This document shows, in pieces, positions 1-21,000 of a DNA stretch of 64,000 nucleotides. Origin of the DNA: the human T2T-CHM13v2.0 reference genome, Homo sapiens; NCBI RefSeq assembly GCF_009914755.1, contig NC_060948.1; one strand, written 5' to 3'. The position numbers were made by a program, and so were the translations under genes. The notes beneath the pieces were generated by a model that saw only the letters and a program-made list of their open reading frames with translations, did no database searches and was not told where the DNA came from. Numbering within the stretch: the stretch's first letter is position 1; each line of letters begins with the position of its first letter.

Positions 1-87
1 AATCTCAAGAGGCCTCCTAAGTCCGACCTGAGTGACAGGACACAGCTGTATCAGATCCTCCATCATCATCATCATCATATTATTATT

Positions 88-2200
<2,113 letters not shown>

Positions 2201-2204
2201 TTTT

Positions 2205-2570
2205 GTACTAAGAGCCAAAATTCCCAAACCCCTAACCAAGTGACTCCTGGAAGGAGAAACAAGAAGCTCCCTCCCACGTCTCCTGCTGTCAGAATTCCAT
2301 GGGATTCCCAGGTAAAGAACCGTCCACACAGTAGGTGGGTTCCACCTGAACCCACGTAACAGCCACAGCAGAGCTGACCTTCTGCAGTGAGTACCCTCCT
2401 TCCTCCTTCCTCCTCCCTTGCAGCGCTTCCGAGCACACAAGGCCACGAATAAAGGTTGCTGTAAACCAGCCTCTCACTGCCTCATTCTTCAAGACTGGTG
2501 CAGCATCCCCAGTGCGGGGGGAGGGGGGTTTGGGGGGGACACTCCCCAAAACGCTCTCAGGGGGCCGGCG
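2205..2570 (+). mobile_element. Possible old ERV LTR fragment
   Basis: LTR-like composition with AATAAA at ~2448 followed by a U5-like tail; family not recognised. Confidence 0.3.
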
Positions 2571-2804
2571 ATTTCACGTTTCCAATTGCACATCCATGAG
2601 AGGCCAGTGGATGTGCCTCACATGACTCTTACCAGAACGACACGTCGCAAGAGACCAGTGTGAAGAAGCAGAGGAAGGAGCCAGCCGCCATCCGTCCCTT
2701 TATGGATGAGACTGACAAAACCCTAAAACTCAGCCACTCTTCTCCCTAGGTTTTTGTTATTTTGGAAATGACAATCATTTTTCTTTTAAAAAACATACAG
2801 CACA

Positions 2805-3520
<716 letters not shown>

Positions 3521-3858
3521 TATATATTTATATAAAAATATCAATTGTTTTTATTTACATCTAAATTATATAAATATAACTTATTTGTATTTTATATTTA
3601 TAGAAAAGTATAAATTATTCTAAAAATATATATATTTAATAAAAATAAAATATAAAAACAATAAATATATTACATACATTTTTGTATGTAACATGTAATT
3701 GGCCTGTTACCATTACTTTTAAATAGATTGTTAAATATGTTTTAAATTTCTGTTTTAATGTCTAACAGGATGACTTATTGACTGTTATAATCCACAAAAA
3801 CAAAAACTGTCTGGGGTCCTCATTTTTTTTGAAAGAGATTCTATGATCAAGAAATTGG

Positions 3859-4174
<316 letters not shown>

Positions 4175-6234
4175 TTACTTCTACCTGATTTCTAATAGCC
4201 ACTGTTCACTACTCATAAAACCAACAAGAATTAACTTTCCCTTTACAGGTTAAAAAAAAAATAGTTTGAAAAGTAGGACTTCTATAAATAGCTTTGTAAG
4301 TGGGCCAGTTGGCATATTTTTTGTAAATACTCACTCCTGTGGTACAGCATTTACGAATCCATTTTGCATCCCAGAAAGTGAAGGAATATTCTGTGGCCTA
4401 TTATTTACAATAGAACTTTTAAGAAAAATTCTGTGGCAGTATTGGAACTGGACTTGACTACAGGTACCATCAATTTTCTCTCCTTTGCAAAACTCATTGA
4501 TGTATCAGAGAAAATGTAATTTCTAAACAGATCACCCTGTTATTAATACCGGTGGGTAGAGACTTTCTTTACTCAATATGATCATTTTCAACAGATTTCA
4601 GGCCATATCAATGTTCAAGTTTTGATGCCATATTAGGATATTAAATGCACTGATTAAATCATCTATTTTAAAATCCAACCAACAGATACAACTTACTGAA
4701 TGGGCCGCATGGATATAGTCTTAAGAACACAGAGACAGACCCTCTTATGGGAATTCTCAATTTGCTTCTAAACCCCCTCTGTAAAGGCATGACCAACATC
4801 TATGATTAATTTGTAATTATCTTGTTTTTCCATGATGAACTGTAAGAAGACACCATTTAGGAGTGGATTCCAGCCACAATTTCTTCCTTCTCATACCATG
4901 TAAGTCAACTCATGTGGAAGGTGTAACCCAGGCATTTCCTTTGTACGATACCTAAGAAGAACACGCTCCATTTGGAAGTTCTAAGAAAAAACTGCCCTTG
5001 CTTCCAATCTGCAGTGGGGAAATTGGCCCTCTTGGTTATTCAAACAGCTTAGCTCAAATGCCCTGGACAAAGTTCAATGTTTCCTCACCAACAGCGAAGG
5101 CCTACCAGAGAGAAGCAAATAAAAAATGCCGTTTAGGAAGCTGGCCACCAGCAGACCAAGGACAACAGCATTCCTCCACTGGTATCGAAAATTATTTTTA
5201 ATCCATACATAGGAAGGGGCTCGATGAGGGCAAGCCACTTAAGTTAATCTTTAGAGAAGGCCATTCTGTTTCGATACACACCCGGGTACAGATTCCCTTG
5301 GCAGACACGTGACTTCACCAGAAGCTCGTCCTCTTTAACAACCTTCTGTTGTTGTTTAATCAGTAAATGGGAAAAAAAAAAAAAAAAAAAGATTCCAGCC
5401 CTTTTTCTAATGCACAAAGAGCAAGTTTTTCAAAGGCCAGCATTTTGGTGAGCTGCTGCAGGAACCCCGGCCTCTTCTGCCAGGGCCCACACAGGCCCTT
5501 AAGGAGGTTTAAGGGGACCTTTCTGTAAGCAAAACTGCCCGGATAAACATAATCTTCTGCGAGACTCCACACAATTGTTCAGCAGCTGTAAACCGTTCAC
5601 CTTGCAACTGATTACTTACTTCAAACAAACATGCTCTCCTGCCCTCCGAAAGCCTGACTACAGTTCCCTTTACTCTCCTTCTTCTATGCATTTGTAATTA
5701 TGCTAAGTGGGTTTAAAAAAAAATACTGAAGGCCAGTTTGGCAGAAAAAGAAAAGCTTAGCTCACAGAAAACTCAAAGCTCTTTTTCTCTGGCTAGAGGC
5801 GGGAGAGAGAGGCTCATTTTAAAACATCCACTCCAGGCACGCTTCTCAAAGGGTGGCGCTGGGACCCCTGGGGTTCCTTCAGTGGGTGCAGAGTGGAAGT
5901 CAAAAGTCATTTCACAATAAGGCACCCAAGCGCTTCGCCTGGCTGACTCCCAGTCTCCCAGAGGCGTGCAGTAGTGTCTTCCAGAGGCCTCCTGACATGC
6001 CATGAAACTGTCTACAGAGGCAGAAATAACAGCTCTCTTCTTAGGCTGGACATTTAAGACATTCAGGGCAACGTACACCCCCACCCCCACCACACTGACC
6101 CTCTGAACGCTCTGTTTTGGAAAACTGTTATTTTTGAAACAAAGTATCATTTAACCTAACATGGAATTAACATTCCCTTTATTCCAGTTCACAAATAATT
6201 GTTTACAGGTTTCTAGGTTTAAATTGAGAATATG

Positions 6235-6793
6235 GGCTGGGCACAGTGGCGCTCTGTCTGTAATCCCAGCAGTTTGGGAGGCCCAGACTGGAGGATTGCT
6301 GCAGGCCAGGGGTTCAAGACCAGCCTGGGCAACATGGTGAGATGCCATCTCTACAAAAAATTTAAAACATTAGCCAGGCGTGGTGGCTCACGCCTGTAAA
6401 CCCAGCACTTTGGGGGACCCAGGTAGGAGGATTGCTTCGGCCCATGAGTTTCAGACCAGCCTGGGCAACGTAGCAAGACCCTATTGCTACACAAAAAAAT
6501 TAAAACATTAGACAGGTGTGGTGGCTCACACCTGTAATCCCAACAGTTTGGGAGGCAAAGGAAGGAAGATCGCTTGAGCCCAGGAGTTCGAGACCAGCCT
6601 GAGCAACATAGCAAGACCCCGTCTACAAAACTTTAAAACATTAGTCGGATGCAGTAGCTGGTGCCTGTAATGCCAGCACTTTGGGAGGCTGAGGCAGGAG
6701 GACTGCTTGAGCCCAGGAGTTCGAGAGTAGCCTCGGCAACAGAGCAAGACTTCATCTCTACTTCCTATTACAAAAAATAATAATAATAATAAA
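6235..6793 (+). mobile_element. Four tandem Alu left-arm (FLAM-like) monomers
   Basis: Four ~135-bp monomers joined by TTAAAACATTAG linkers, ending in (AAT)n. Confidence 0.85.
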
Positions 6794-7057
6794 TTCTGAA
6801 CCTGCAAATCTAGGAACAGAAGTTATCTGCATACACAAAACACAGTGGCGGTCATCACTGATGAGTTCAGACAGTGAACGAGTCCTGCAAAGTTGGAGAT
6901 CTGTGACTCAGAGATGTTTACAAAGGCCAAGGAAACAAAGTTGCCACTTAACGGGCCTGCCCTCCCCACCAGACCTCCGTGGCTCCCCAGTGCCCGAGAA
7001 GCCGCCTCTGGGCCCCCTCTGGAGACGTCCTCCGGAGAAGGGCCCATCCTCACTTAC

Positions 7058-7290
7058 CCTGGGGTGGGTAGGGGTCGAGGTCCCTGGGACGCCCGCTCCT
7101 CCCCTCCGGGGCCTGGCGGGGGCGCGCGGTCACTGGCCGACCGCAGGCGGCAGGCAGAGCCGCCTGATGTCTTGGGCGCGGGGCGTGCGAGCCCCCGGGT
7201 CCCCGGCCATGGCCCGGAGGTGTCAGGGTGCGCGGGGGGGCGGCTGCACGGGGGCTGCTTGGTTGGAGCCCGACCCGGGACAGGCGGGGA
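7058..7290 (-). other. ZBED1: Candidate alternative non-coding first exon (probably ZBED1); 5' end uncertain
   Basis: Near-consensus donor AGG|GTAAGT on the minus strand (GT at 7057-7056) at the edge of the CpG island, downstream of an ETS site and GC boxes. The ZBED1 assignment comes from recall of the locus, not from coding sequence in this window. Confidence 0.55.
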
Positions 7291-7563
7291 GGCCACACGC
7301 GCGGGGAGGGAAGGGTCGGGCCGGGTCGGGCCGGGCCAGGCGCGCAGAAGAGCCGGCGGGGACGGAAAGCGCGGGGCGGGGAGGTCCCAGGCGCGCACGC
7401 CGCCCCCCCCAACCCCCGGCCACACCTCGACCCCCGCCCAGCCCCACTTCCGGGAGCGCCACCGCCTCGCCAAGGTCACGCGGAGCCCCCGCGCCCCCGC
7501 CCCCGAGCCAGCCCGCGCCCACCCGGGTCCCCGGAGCCCTGACCCCTGCCCCGCCCCGCTGAC

Positions 7564-7672
7564 CTGGCTCCAGGAAGCCCCCGCGGCAGCGCCGCAGCAG
7601 CTGCGCCAGGATCACCGCGGCGCCTACCGCGTAGACCCGCAGGGCCGCCCGCGCCGCAGACAATGGCGACAT
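7564..7672 (-). CDS. DHRSX: DHRSX exon 1 coding part (MSPLSAARAALRVYAVGAAVILAQLLRRCRGGFLEP + phase-1 G); short-chain dehydrogenase/reductase X-linked, hydrophobic N-terminal segment
   Basis: Minus strand reads GCAGCC-ATG-TCG (good Kozak context) at 7672. After 109 nt comes the donor CAG|GTCAGC (GT at 7563-7562). The peptide matches my recall of the human DHRSX N-terminus, which continues V-F-P-P-R, consistent with a phase-1 G. Lies in a CpG island. Confidence 0.95.
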
Positions 7673-7869
7673 GGCTGCCCCGGCCGCGCCGCCGCCGCTT
7701 CCGCGCCGCCCGCGGGACTCTGCGCCCGCCCGCCCGGACGGACGGCGGAAACGCGCGCGCCCCGGACCGCCCCCTGCCCGCCCCGAACCGCCCCGGCCTG
7801 CGGGGAACCCCCAACCCCAGACCCCGCCCGGGCCCTCTGGGATCCCGCACCGCCTGCAGGACTGGGGAC

Positions 7870-9545
7870 CCCGAGCGGACAACCGACCCCAGCCAGGACA
7901 CCCCCCCCAGGACCACAGACTCCAGCCAGGAACCCCCCCCTGCAAGGACCATAGACTTCAGCCAGGACCCCCCGCCCCAGGACCACAGACCCCAGCCAGG
8001 ACGCCCCCAGGACCACTGACCCCAGTCAGGACCCCCCCTTCAGGACCACAGACCCCAGCAGGGACCCCCCACACACACCCCCAGCCAGGACCACAGACCC
8101 CAGCCAGGAATCCCCCCCAGGACCACAGACCCCAGCAGGGACCCTCCACACCTCCTCCAGGACCACAGACCCCAGCAGGGACCCTTCCCCCTCCCGGCAG
8201 GACTGCAGACCCCAGCAGGGATCCCCACCACCACAAGACCAACAGCCCCAGCCAGGACGCCCCCAGGACTACAGACCCCAGCCAGCACCCAAGTCAGATC
8301 CATAGACTCCTCCCAAGAACACCCCCCAGGACCCCAGACCCCTGCTGGGACCCCCAAGACCACAGGCCCCCCCACTGGGGCACGCCCAGACACCCCACCA
8401 AGAACCCCACCAGGACTACAGACCTCCACCAGGACTCCCCAGTACCACAGATCCTCCCAGGGCCCCCCAGGACCACAGACCTCCACTGGGACCCCCACCA
8501 CCAGGACCCCTCTCCAGGATCACAGACCCCTACTGGGGCCCCCTTCTAGGACCTCCACCTCCATCAGAACCACCCCCCGGACCACAGGCCCCAGCCAGCA
8601 CCCCACAAGACCACAGACCCCTGCCAGGACGCCCCCCAGGACTACAGACCCCAGCTGGACTGCCTCTCCAAGACCCCACACTCCAGCCAAGACCATGGAA
8701 CCCCATTCAAGCCCCAGCCAGGACCCCCACCATGGGATCACAGATCCCCTACCCAGACCCTGCAGGGGACCAGGACCACCACGGGAACCACCCTCCCCAT
8801 CTTAGCCAGAATCATGTAACCCCACGCAGACCTCAGCAGGGACCACAAGGACTTGGACCCCATAGGGAACCCCAGACAACCACCCAGAGCCATGCCAGGA
8901 TTATGGACCAGGACTCCCACAGAGGACTCTGAACAGCTGTAAGGACCATGGACCCCACACCCTAATTCGTACTGACACCACAGAACCTGCCCCAAGCACG
9001 GACCCCACACCCCAGTTCCTGCTGACACCACAGAACCTGCCCCAAGCACGGACCCCACACCCCAGTTCCTACTGAGACCACAGACCCCACCCCAATTGCT
9101 GCCAGGCCACAGACACCACCCACCAAACCTACCCCTCCACTTCCCTGCCCCCAACAACCCTGCAGGGATCACAGACCCCCTTCCCGGCCCCTGCAGAGAA
9201 CTCCAGACTACTTCAGGGACCACGAGCCCCCTCCCCACCCTGATCCCTACTGGGACAGCAGACCCCTACTCAGACCTTGGTTGGGAACCCCAGACAACCA
9301 CAGAGTTACCTGGGCTCCCTCAGGGAACCCCAGACCAGCACAGAACCCCCACCCAGACCCTTACCAGGGCCAAGGCTGAAATCCCACATGGACCCCCCAG
9401 CAGACTCCTACTGGAATTCTTCATGGATCCCCCCACCCAGACACTCAGACCTTCACCCCACCACAACCCTCCCAGTCCCACACCTGGTCCCCCAGGGGAC
9501 CCCAGACCTGGCATCCGGGACTCCACACAGATCCTAACACCCGCT
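7870..9545. repeat. C-rich (G-rich on minus strand) minisatellite/VNTR, unit ~30-40 bp, core CAGGACCACAGACCCCAGC(C)AGG
   Basis: Homogeneous from ~7890 to 8350, progressively degenerate to ~9545; contains an exact ~48-bp duplication at ~8974-9070. Confidence 0.92.
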
Positions 9546-9546
9546 G

Positions 9547-10398
<852 letters not shown>

Positions 10399-11048
10399 CT
10401 GGGACCCTAAATCACCAACCCTATCATCCCCAGGACCCAGACCTCCACCTTCACTCTAGGTCTGCACCCTCATACACGTGCCGATGGGCACCCCCCAGCC
10501 CCTGCCGAGGTCCAGGAGTGAGAATCTCCACCAGCAAGTCACCTGACCCTAGCCAGGAACTCTATCCCTGCTGGGAGCCAGAACCCCACACTCCACATCT
10601 CACTGGGACCCTGGCACCTTGCAGGGCCACAACCTATCTGGAACTTTGGCCCCCATTGGGATGCATCCCCACTCCCATAGGAATTGAACCCTCCAGGCCT
10701 CACTCCCCACAGAACCTCAACAGGCACTAAGGGGCACCCCCAGTGTGCAGGTTGCACCCAGCCAATCTGTATGATTGGAATACAGAGACCTACCCGGCGA
10801 CCTCAGGTGTGGCCAGGTGTGCTCAGGTGTGGCCAGGTGACCAAGCTGGATTAAGAAGGGTCTTTGTGGCCTTTGCAACCCTCTGTCCTACAGATGAGGA
10901 AACTGAGGCCAGGAAGACCAAGGGATGGGGCTGTCCCATTTGGCCAAGTGTGCCAGGTATCTTCACATGTGCCCAAGTATGCTCAGGTGTCGCCAGGTAT
11001 GCTCAGGTGTGGTTCAGTAACCAGGTTGGATTAAGAAGGCTCCTTGTG

Positions 11049-11196
11049 GGCCAGGTGCAGCGCCTCACGCGCACAATCCCAGCACTTTGGGAGGCTGAGA
11101 AGGGTGGATTGCTTGAGCCCAGGCGTTCGAGACCTGCCTGGGCAACATAACAAAACCTGTCTTTATTATTTTTATATAAAAAAATTAAATTAAAAA
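11049..11196 (+). mobile_element. Alu left monomer (FLAM/AluJ)
   Basis: Single arm with A-rich tail. Confidence 0.85.
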
Positions 11197-11207
11197 AGAG
11201 GGCTTCT

Positions 11208-11501
<294 letters not shown>

Positions 11502-12325
11502 GGTTATTCCAGCCTTTGCAACCTTCTGTCCTACAGATGAGAAAACTGAAGCTTTCTCGTTTGGCCATGTGTCCAGATATCCTGAGGCGTGCCTAGGTAT
11601 CCTCAGGTGTGACCAGGTATGCCTAGGTGTGGCCAGGGCACCCAGACAGAAGCATTGGGAAAATCCACAGTCACCCCTGTCCCCACCTTAAAGTTTTCCC
11701 AGGAGAGCTGCCGTTGCATGGGGTGTGAAACCGTGACCCCACTGCCAAATTCAGAAGGACCAAGGATTCCACCAGGAGCAGCAGGGGAGTGGGCTTATTG
11801 TAGCCCGACATGCTCCTCCCTTTGGGGACTTCTGGTAGTTATCTAAAAGGATGTTTGTGAGCAAAAGGATAGTGACGTCTAGAGCCATGAATTGGGGGGC
11901 TAAAAGCAGAATGCATCACCTGGTGCTTCCAGCAATGGTTTGGGAGACACCCCTACCTTCCCCACAACCCACTTATCTTCTCAGAGGCTCATTTCATCAT
12001 CTGTCATATATTGACTTTGATTTCCATGTGAATGTTTTTAGCCACTGCTGTAATAAATGGCCACGAATGTAGCAGCTTTAAACAACACAAAGTTATTATC
12101 TCAAGTCTGCAGGTAAGATGTCCCAAAAACGGGCTCAACCGGGTCACTTGCTCAAGGTCACTGATATGGTTTCGCTGTGTCCCCTCCCAAATCTCATCTT
12201 GAATTGTAGCTCCCATAATTCTCATGTGTTGTGGGAGGGACCCAGTGGGAGATAACTGAGTCATGGGGGCGGTTTCTCGCACACTGTTCTCATGGCAGTG
12301 AATAAGTCTCATGAGATCTGATGGG

Positions 12326-13061
<736 letters not shown>

Positions 13062-13541
13062 TAAATTACCCAGTCTCAGGTATGTCTTTATCAGCAGCGT
13101 GAAAATGGACTAATACAGTCACAAAAGGTCAAAATGATGATGTCTACCCCCTGGGCTCTTCGCAGGAGGCCCTGGAAAGAATTGGTTTGCAAGCTTATTC
13201 CCATTTTTAGAAAATTCAGTCTCTTGTTGTCATGGGACTGAAGTCATCCTTTCCTCACTGATTGTCATAGAAGGGGTGTGGGGAGCACAACCCTGAGCTC
13301 TTAGAGTCCTCTCTCTGGTCCTTGAAAGTGTCTGCTCCATCTGTAAGCCAGCTCTGCTTCATCTTGAAACCAGCAGGGGCCACTTAGAGTCCAGTTCACC
13401 ATTAGAATCTCACTGACTTTGTGTGCCATGTCCCTCACCTTCTCTCCTCCCTCCAGCCAGAGAAAGTTCTGTTCTTTCAAGGGCTCCCATGTGATCAGAT
13501 AGGGCCCACCAAGGAAATCCAGCATACTCTTCCTATTTAAA

Positions 13542-13838
13542 GGTTCACGCCTGTCATCTCAGCACTTTGGGAGGCCGAGGCAGGCAGATCACCTGAGGCC
13601 AAGAGTTCGAGACCAGCCTGGCCAACATGGTGAAACCATGTCTCTACTAATAATACAAAAATCGGCTGGGCGTGGTGGTGGGTGCCTGTAATCCCAACTA
13701 CTCGGGAGGCTGAGGCAGGAGAATCACTTGAACATGGGAGGCGGAGGTTGCAGTGAGCCAAGCTGGAGCCACTGCACTTCAGCCTGGACAACAGAGCAAG
13801 AGTCCATCTCAAATAAATAAATAAATAAATAAATAAAT
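13542..13838 (+). mobile_element. Alu
   Basis: Dimer with (AAAT)n tail. Confidence 0.95.
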
Positions 13839-14356
13839 AGTTTATAACCTCAATTGCACCTGCAGTGTTCCTTGGTGCCATATATGACATTACCATAGTG
13901 ACAGGTTCCGGGAGATTCAGGTGTGGAAGACTTTGGGAAGGACAGGAGATTATTCAGCCTACAGTAGCGTGGTTTACAAATTCCTGTCTATTTCAGGATT
14001 TCATAAGCAGGTTTGAAATTGCATTCACCTAAACCGGAACAGGCCAGGACAGCAGGGGCAGGAGATGCTCCCTGGAGGAGCTTACATGAAGGACACCCCT
14101 ACTGGAAGAGAGAGAAGGATATTGCAGGGTGGGGGCCCTGTCCTTAGGACTTCTGGTTGACCCAGGGCCAACTTCCCCATCACGCATCCTAAGCTGAGTG
14201 TGAGGATCTCATGAAACTCTTCAGGGTCCATAACAATGCTTTAAGTTAATGTGTCTCAAATCAGAAAAAATATATATAATAATGAATATAAATCATGCAC
14301 ACAGTCCAGAAAATATGTCTTTTTATCAACACAGTTGTAAGATTTATGAGGTCATA

Positions 14357-14938
<582 letters not shown>

Positions 14939-15431
14939 TATATTTTTTAGTGGAAGAGGCAAAGATGGCCACAGTGTGGCCCTTCAGGGGGCCTGATCCG
15001 AAAACATCACCGTGGGCTGGGGTGGTCTGTTCCTGTCAGCCCCTGGTCATGCAGGAGGGCTTCAGTGATGTTAGCCACATTCTAAACAGAAACAGCTTGA
15101 GGTTTCTCCAGGGAATCTTGTTCTGTTAAATAGCACCTGTGGGGTCAAAGTTCAGCCCACTAGCAACAATTCCTGATAGCGCAGTGCCTCCCTCCCGTGA
15201 GATTCTCCTTGAAATTTAGCAGCCTGGAAAGCAACCTTCCTGGTTGTAAGATATGTGGGCCAGTCTCCCTGTGCGTGGGGACACAGCCTCTGTATCTCTC
15301 TCCTATTCCTGGTGCTAATTCTCTCGTGCACATAGTAGAATCCCAGTAAATAACCATGTAATTCATTAGTAATAATATAATAGACTATTGTAATCCATTT
15401 TGATGTCCCAATTGACCTTAGCTGTGATTCA

Positions 15432-15744
15432 TGTTTCCTTTATTCTTTTCTTTATTTTCTTTCTTTCTTTGCTTGCCTTTGTTTCTCTCTCTTTTCCTTC
15501 CTTCCTCTCTTTCTTTCTTCTCTTTCTTTTTTCTTTTGCTTGCTTTCTCTCTCTCTCGTTTTCTTTTTCTCTTTTTCTTTCCCTTTTCTCTTTTTTCTCC
15601 TTACTCTTCTCTTTTTCTCTCTCTTTTTCTCTTCTCTTTCTCTTTCTTTTTCTTTCTCCTTTGTTTCTCTTTCTCCTTTCTCTTTCTTTTTCTTTCTCTT
15701 CTCTCTCTCTCTCTCTCTCTCTGTCTCTGTGTCTCTCTCTTCCT

Positions 15745-15745
<1 letters not shown>
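15432..15745. repeat. Polypyrimidine (CT/CTTT) tract, expanded tail of the adjacent AluJ
   Basis: ~310 bp almost purely C/T. Confidence 0.92.
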
Positions 15746-16318
<573 letters not shown>

Positions 16319-16439
16319 TCATGTTTTATTTTGTGTTTCAGTGTTTAATTCCTCAAAGTCATGGGCCCTGTGGCTGAGCACTGGTACATGCCTAGGCAGA
16401 GGTTATCCCCAGAGTAAACTCTCATAAAGAGGTATTCTG

Positions 16440-16757
<318 letters not shown>

Positions 16758-16939
16758 TTAGTGGATGGTTTCCGTGGAGTTCGGGATACAATGTCTGGGA
16801 AGTGCTGAAAGATACTGAGCTGAATTATCCGCCATCCGCTTTATATAATGCTTCACATTATCAGACTCCTCACACCTTAATGATCCCTGAGCACATCTTT
16901 GAATATCATTGTGAAAAATCCCCAGAATTCATAGGGTAA

Positions 16940-17345
<406 letters not shown>

Positions 17346-17548
17346 CTCAATGCTTTTTTTATCAAAAAATTCTAAATTATTTGGGCAACTTTTTGACAAT
17401 AAGGATGTTCTACAATACATGCCTGTGATACTTTATATTTTTAGAGTGCCAAGTATCAAATCTGTTTCCATCACAAATAATATCCACCAGCTGGAATGTG
17501 TGGAGACAGCATTGCTCTGTTAAGTTCCATTAAAGGTGTTATTAGCAT

Positions 17549-18142
<594 letters not shown>

Positions 18143-18151
18143 TGGGCAGTA

Positions 18152-18865
18152 TGTGCAACAAAGGTATGGCTCATCTGTTTGGCCGCTGCGTGCTCAAACC
18201 CCTTACAGGATGGAGAGCACGCAGACGGACAGATGCAGAAGCCGGGGCAAACACTTTGGGGATCTGGCCCCATGGTAGCATGAAGGGCTGGGTGCCTGCA
18301 ACTCCTGAAGCCCAAGTTGTTGTGTGTTACAGTGCATTCTTTTGGCTTTGCTGTCCGCAGACAACTTGAGTGTTTGCTCTCTGTGGACAGCTTGTGCCTC
18401 CTTGGTGGCCAAGTCCTTGTCAGTGTCCTGGAAGAATCAGGTCACCCATGGACTTGAAGGATGATGAATGCAGGGGTTTTATTGAGTGGTGGAGGTGGCT
18501 CTCAGCTGGATGGATGGGGAGCTGGAAAGGGAATGGAGTGGGAAGATGGTCTTCCCCTGGAGTTTGGCCGTCCAGCAGCCGATCTCTCCAACCGTCCCCA
18601 GCTAAACTCCTCTCAGCATTCAGACACTCCTTCTCTTCTTTCTGCCAATCTTTTGCTCTTCGGTTCGTCTCCTCCTGGAGCCAGGGGTTTGGGATTTATA
18701 TGGGTACAGGATGGGGGGAGTGGGGGGCCAAAAGGCAACGTTTGGGTGTGAATACAGGCATGCCTGTTCTCATTTCAGGCTGTGGGTTTCCAGGCGTGAG
18801 GGTGGGGCCTTTGCTGGGGAACCACCCTCTTCTACCCAGTATTTCCCTGTCTCCTGCCTGTATCA
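18152..18865 (-). mobile_element. ERV1 solo LTR (MER52/LTR27/LTR28-like)
   Basis: Motifs GGAAGAATCAGGTCAC...GACTTGAAGGATG.TGAATG; TTTATT (poly-A signal on minus strand); ends CTCCTGCCTGTATCA. Confidence 0.75.
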
Positions 18866-19199
18866 CCTTCAGGGTGATCATTTCCTCATGCCTTGGGGGC
18901 AAGCCTGACAGCTCATTGTTGGGATTGATGCTATGGTCATTAGTATGTTTATTATTATTTTTAATCAGTATCACAATTGCATCTCTCGAGCCCACAAAGC
19001 TTTGATGGGCACAGAACTATGATTTTCATCCACAAGGACATGAAAGCATCAAGGAACTGCTATTTCAGGGCAGAGGTTTATTTTCACTTTGGTTTTGTTT
19101 ACAAGGAGTTTTAGAGATTGGAGTTTCCAGGAATACAAATCACAGGTTTCCATCTATGAGAACGATATGCAGAGACAACCCCCTGCCCAGTCTGGCAGG

Positions 19200-20188
<989 letters not shown>

Positions 20189-20260
20189 GGTGGGTCTGAT
20201 GAAACTTTCCAGCCCCTGTCCTGAAATTTGACTTTAGAGAAGTTGCATACCAGTTCAGTT

Positions 20261-20588
20261 TCTTGTTTGTTTGTTTGTTTGTTTTGACACGGAGTCTCAC
20301 TCTGTTGCCCAGGCTGGAGGGCAGTAGTACAATCTTGGCTCACTAGAGTGCAGTAGTACAATCTTGGCTCATCTGCCTCCCGGGTTCAAGCAATACTCCT
20401 GCCTCAGCATCCTGAGTAGCTAGGATTACAGGCACACACCACCACGCCCAGCTAATTTTTGTATTTTTAGTAGAGACAGGGTTTCACCATGTTGGCCAAG
20501 CTGGTCTCAAACTCCTGACCTCAAGTAATCTGCCCATCTCGGCCTCCCAAAGTGCTGGAATTACAGGCATGAACCACCACACCCGGCC
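20261..20588 (-). mobile_element. Alu with internal ~30-bp duplication
   Basis: GCAGTAGTACAATCTTGGCTCA occurs twice (20321-20371); TSD TCAGTTTCTT. Confidence 0.92.
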
Positions 20589-20730
20589 CCAGCTCAGTTT
20601 CTTAAGGACTCTGTAACAAGGGAGGGAGAACATCGCCAATTTGGGGCATTCCTTCTGATGCTGAAGGTGCATGATTCTTGCTGTTTCTAACTCTGAGTTC
20701 CAGAGGTGGTTTTTTCAGAAGCAGAGCCTC

Positions 20731-21000
20731 AGCTGGGCACGGTGGCTCACACCCATAATCCCAGCACTTTGGGAGGCCGAGGCAAGAGGATCACTTGAGG
20801 CCAGGAGTTCAAGACCGGCTTGAGCAACAGAGCGAAGCCTCATGTCTACTGAAAATTAAAAAAAAAAAAAAAAAAAAATGAGCTGGCTGTGGTGGCCTGC
20901 ACCTGTGGTCCCAGCTACTTGGGATGCTGAGGTGGGAGGATGGCTTGAGCTGTGATGGTACTATTGCAGCCTGGACAACAAAGCAAAACCCTGTCTCAGA
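20731..21000 (+). mobile_element. AluJ
   Basis: Diverged dimer with (CA)n tail. Confidence 0.88.

Larger units (their letters stand above)
6950..7880. promoter_or_regulatory. CpG-island promoter of DHRSX (and nested ZBED1)
   Basis: Very GC- and CpG-rich. GC boxes (CCCCGCCCC near 7549, CCCCGCCC near 7432). ETS/GABPA-type cores CACTTCCGG (7445-7453) and GCTTCCG (~7697-7703). No TATA box seen. TSS expected about 50 nt upstream of the ATG (~7720). Confidence 0.9.
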
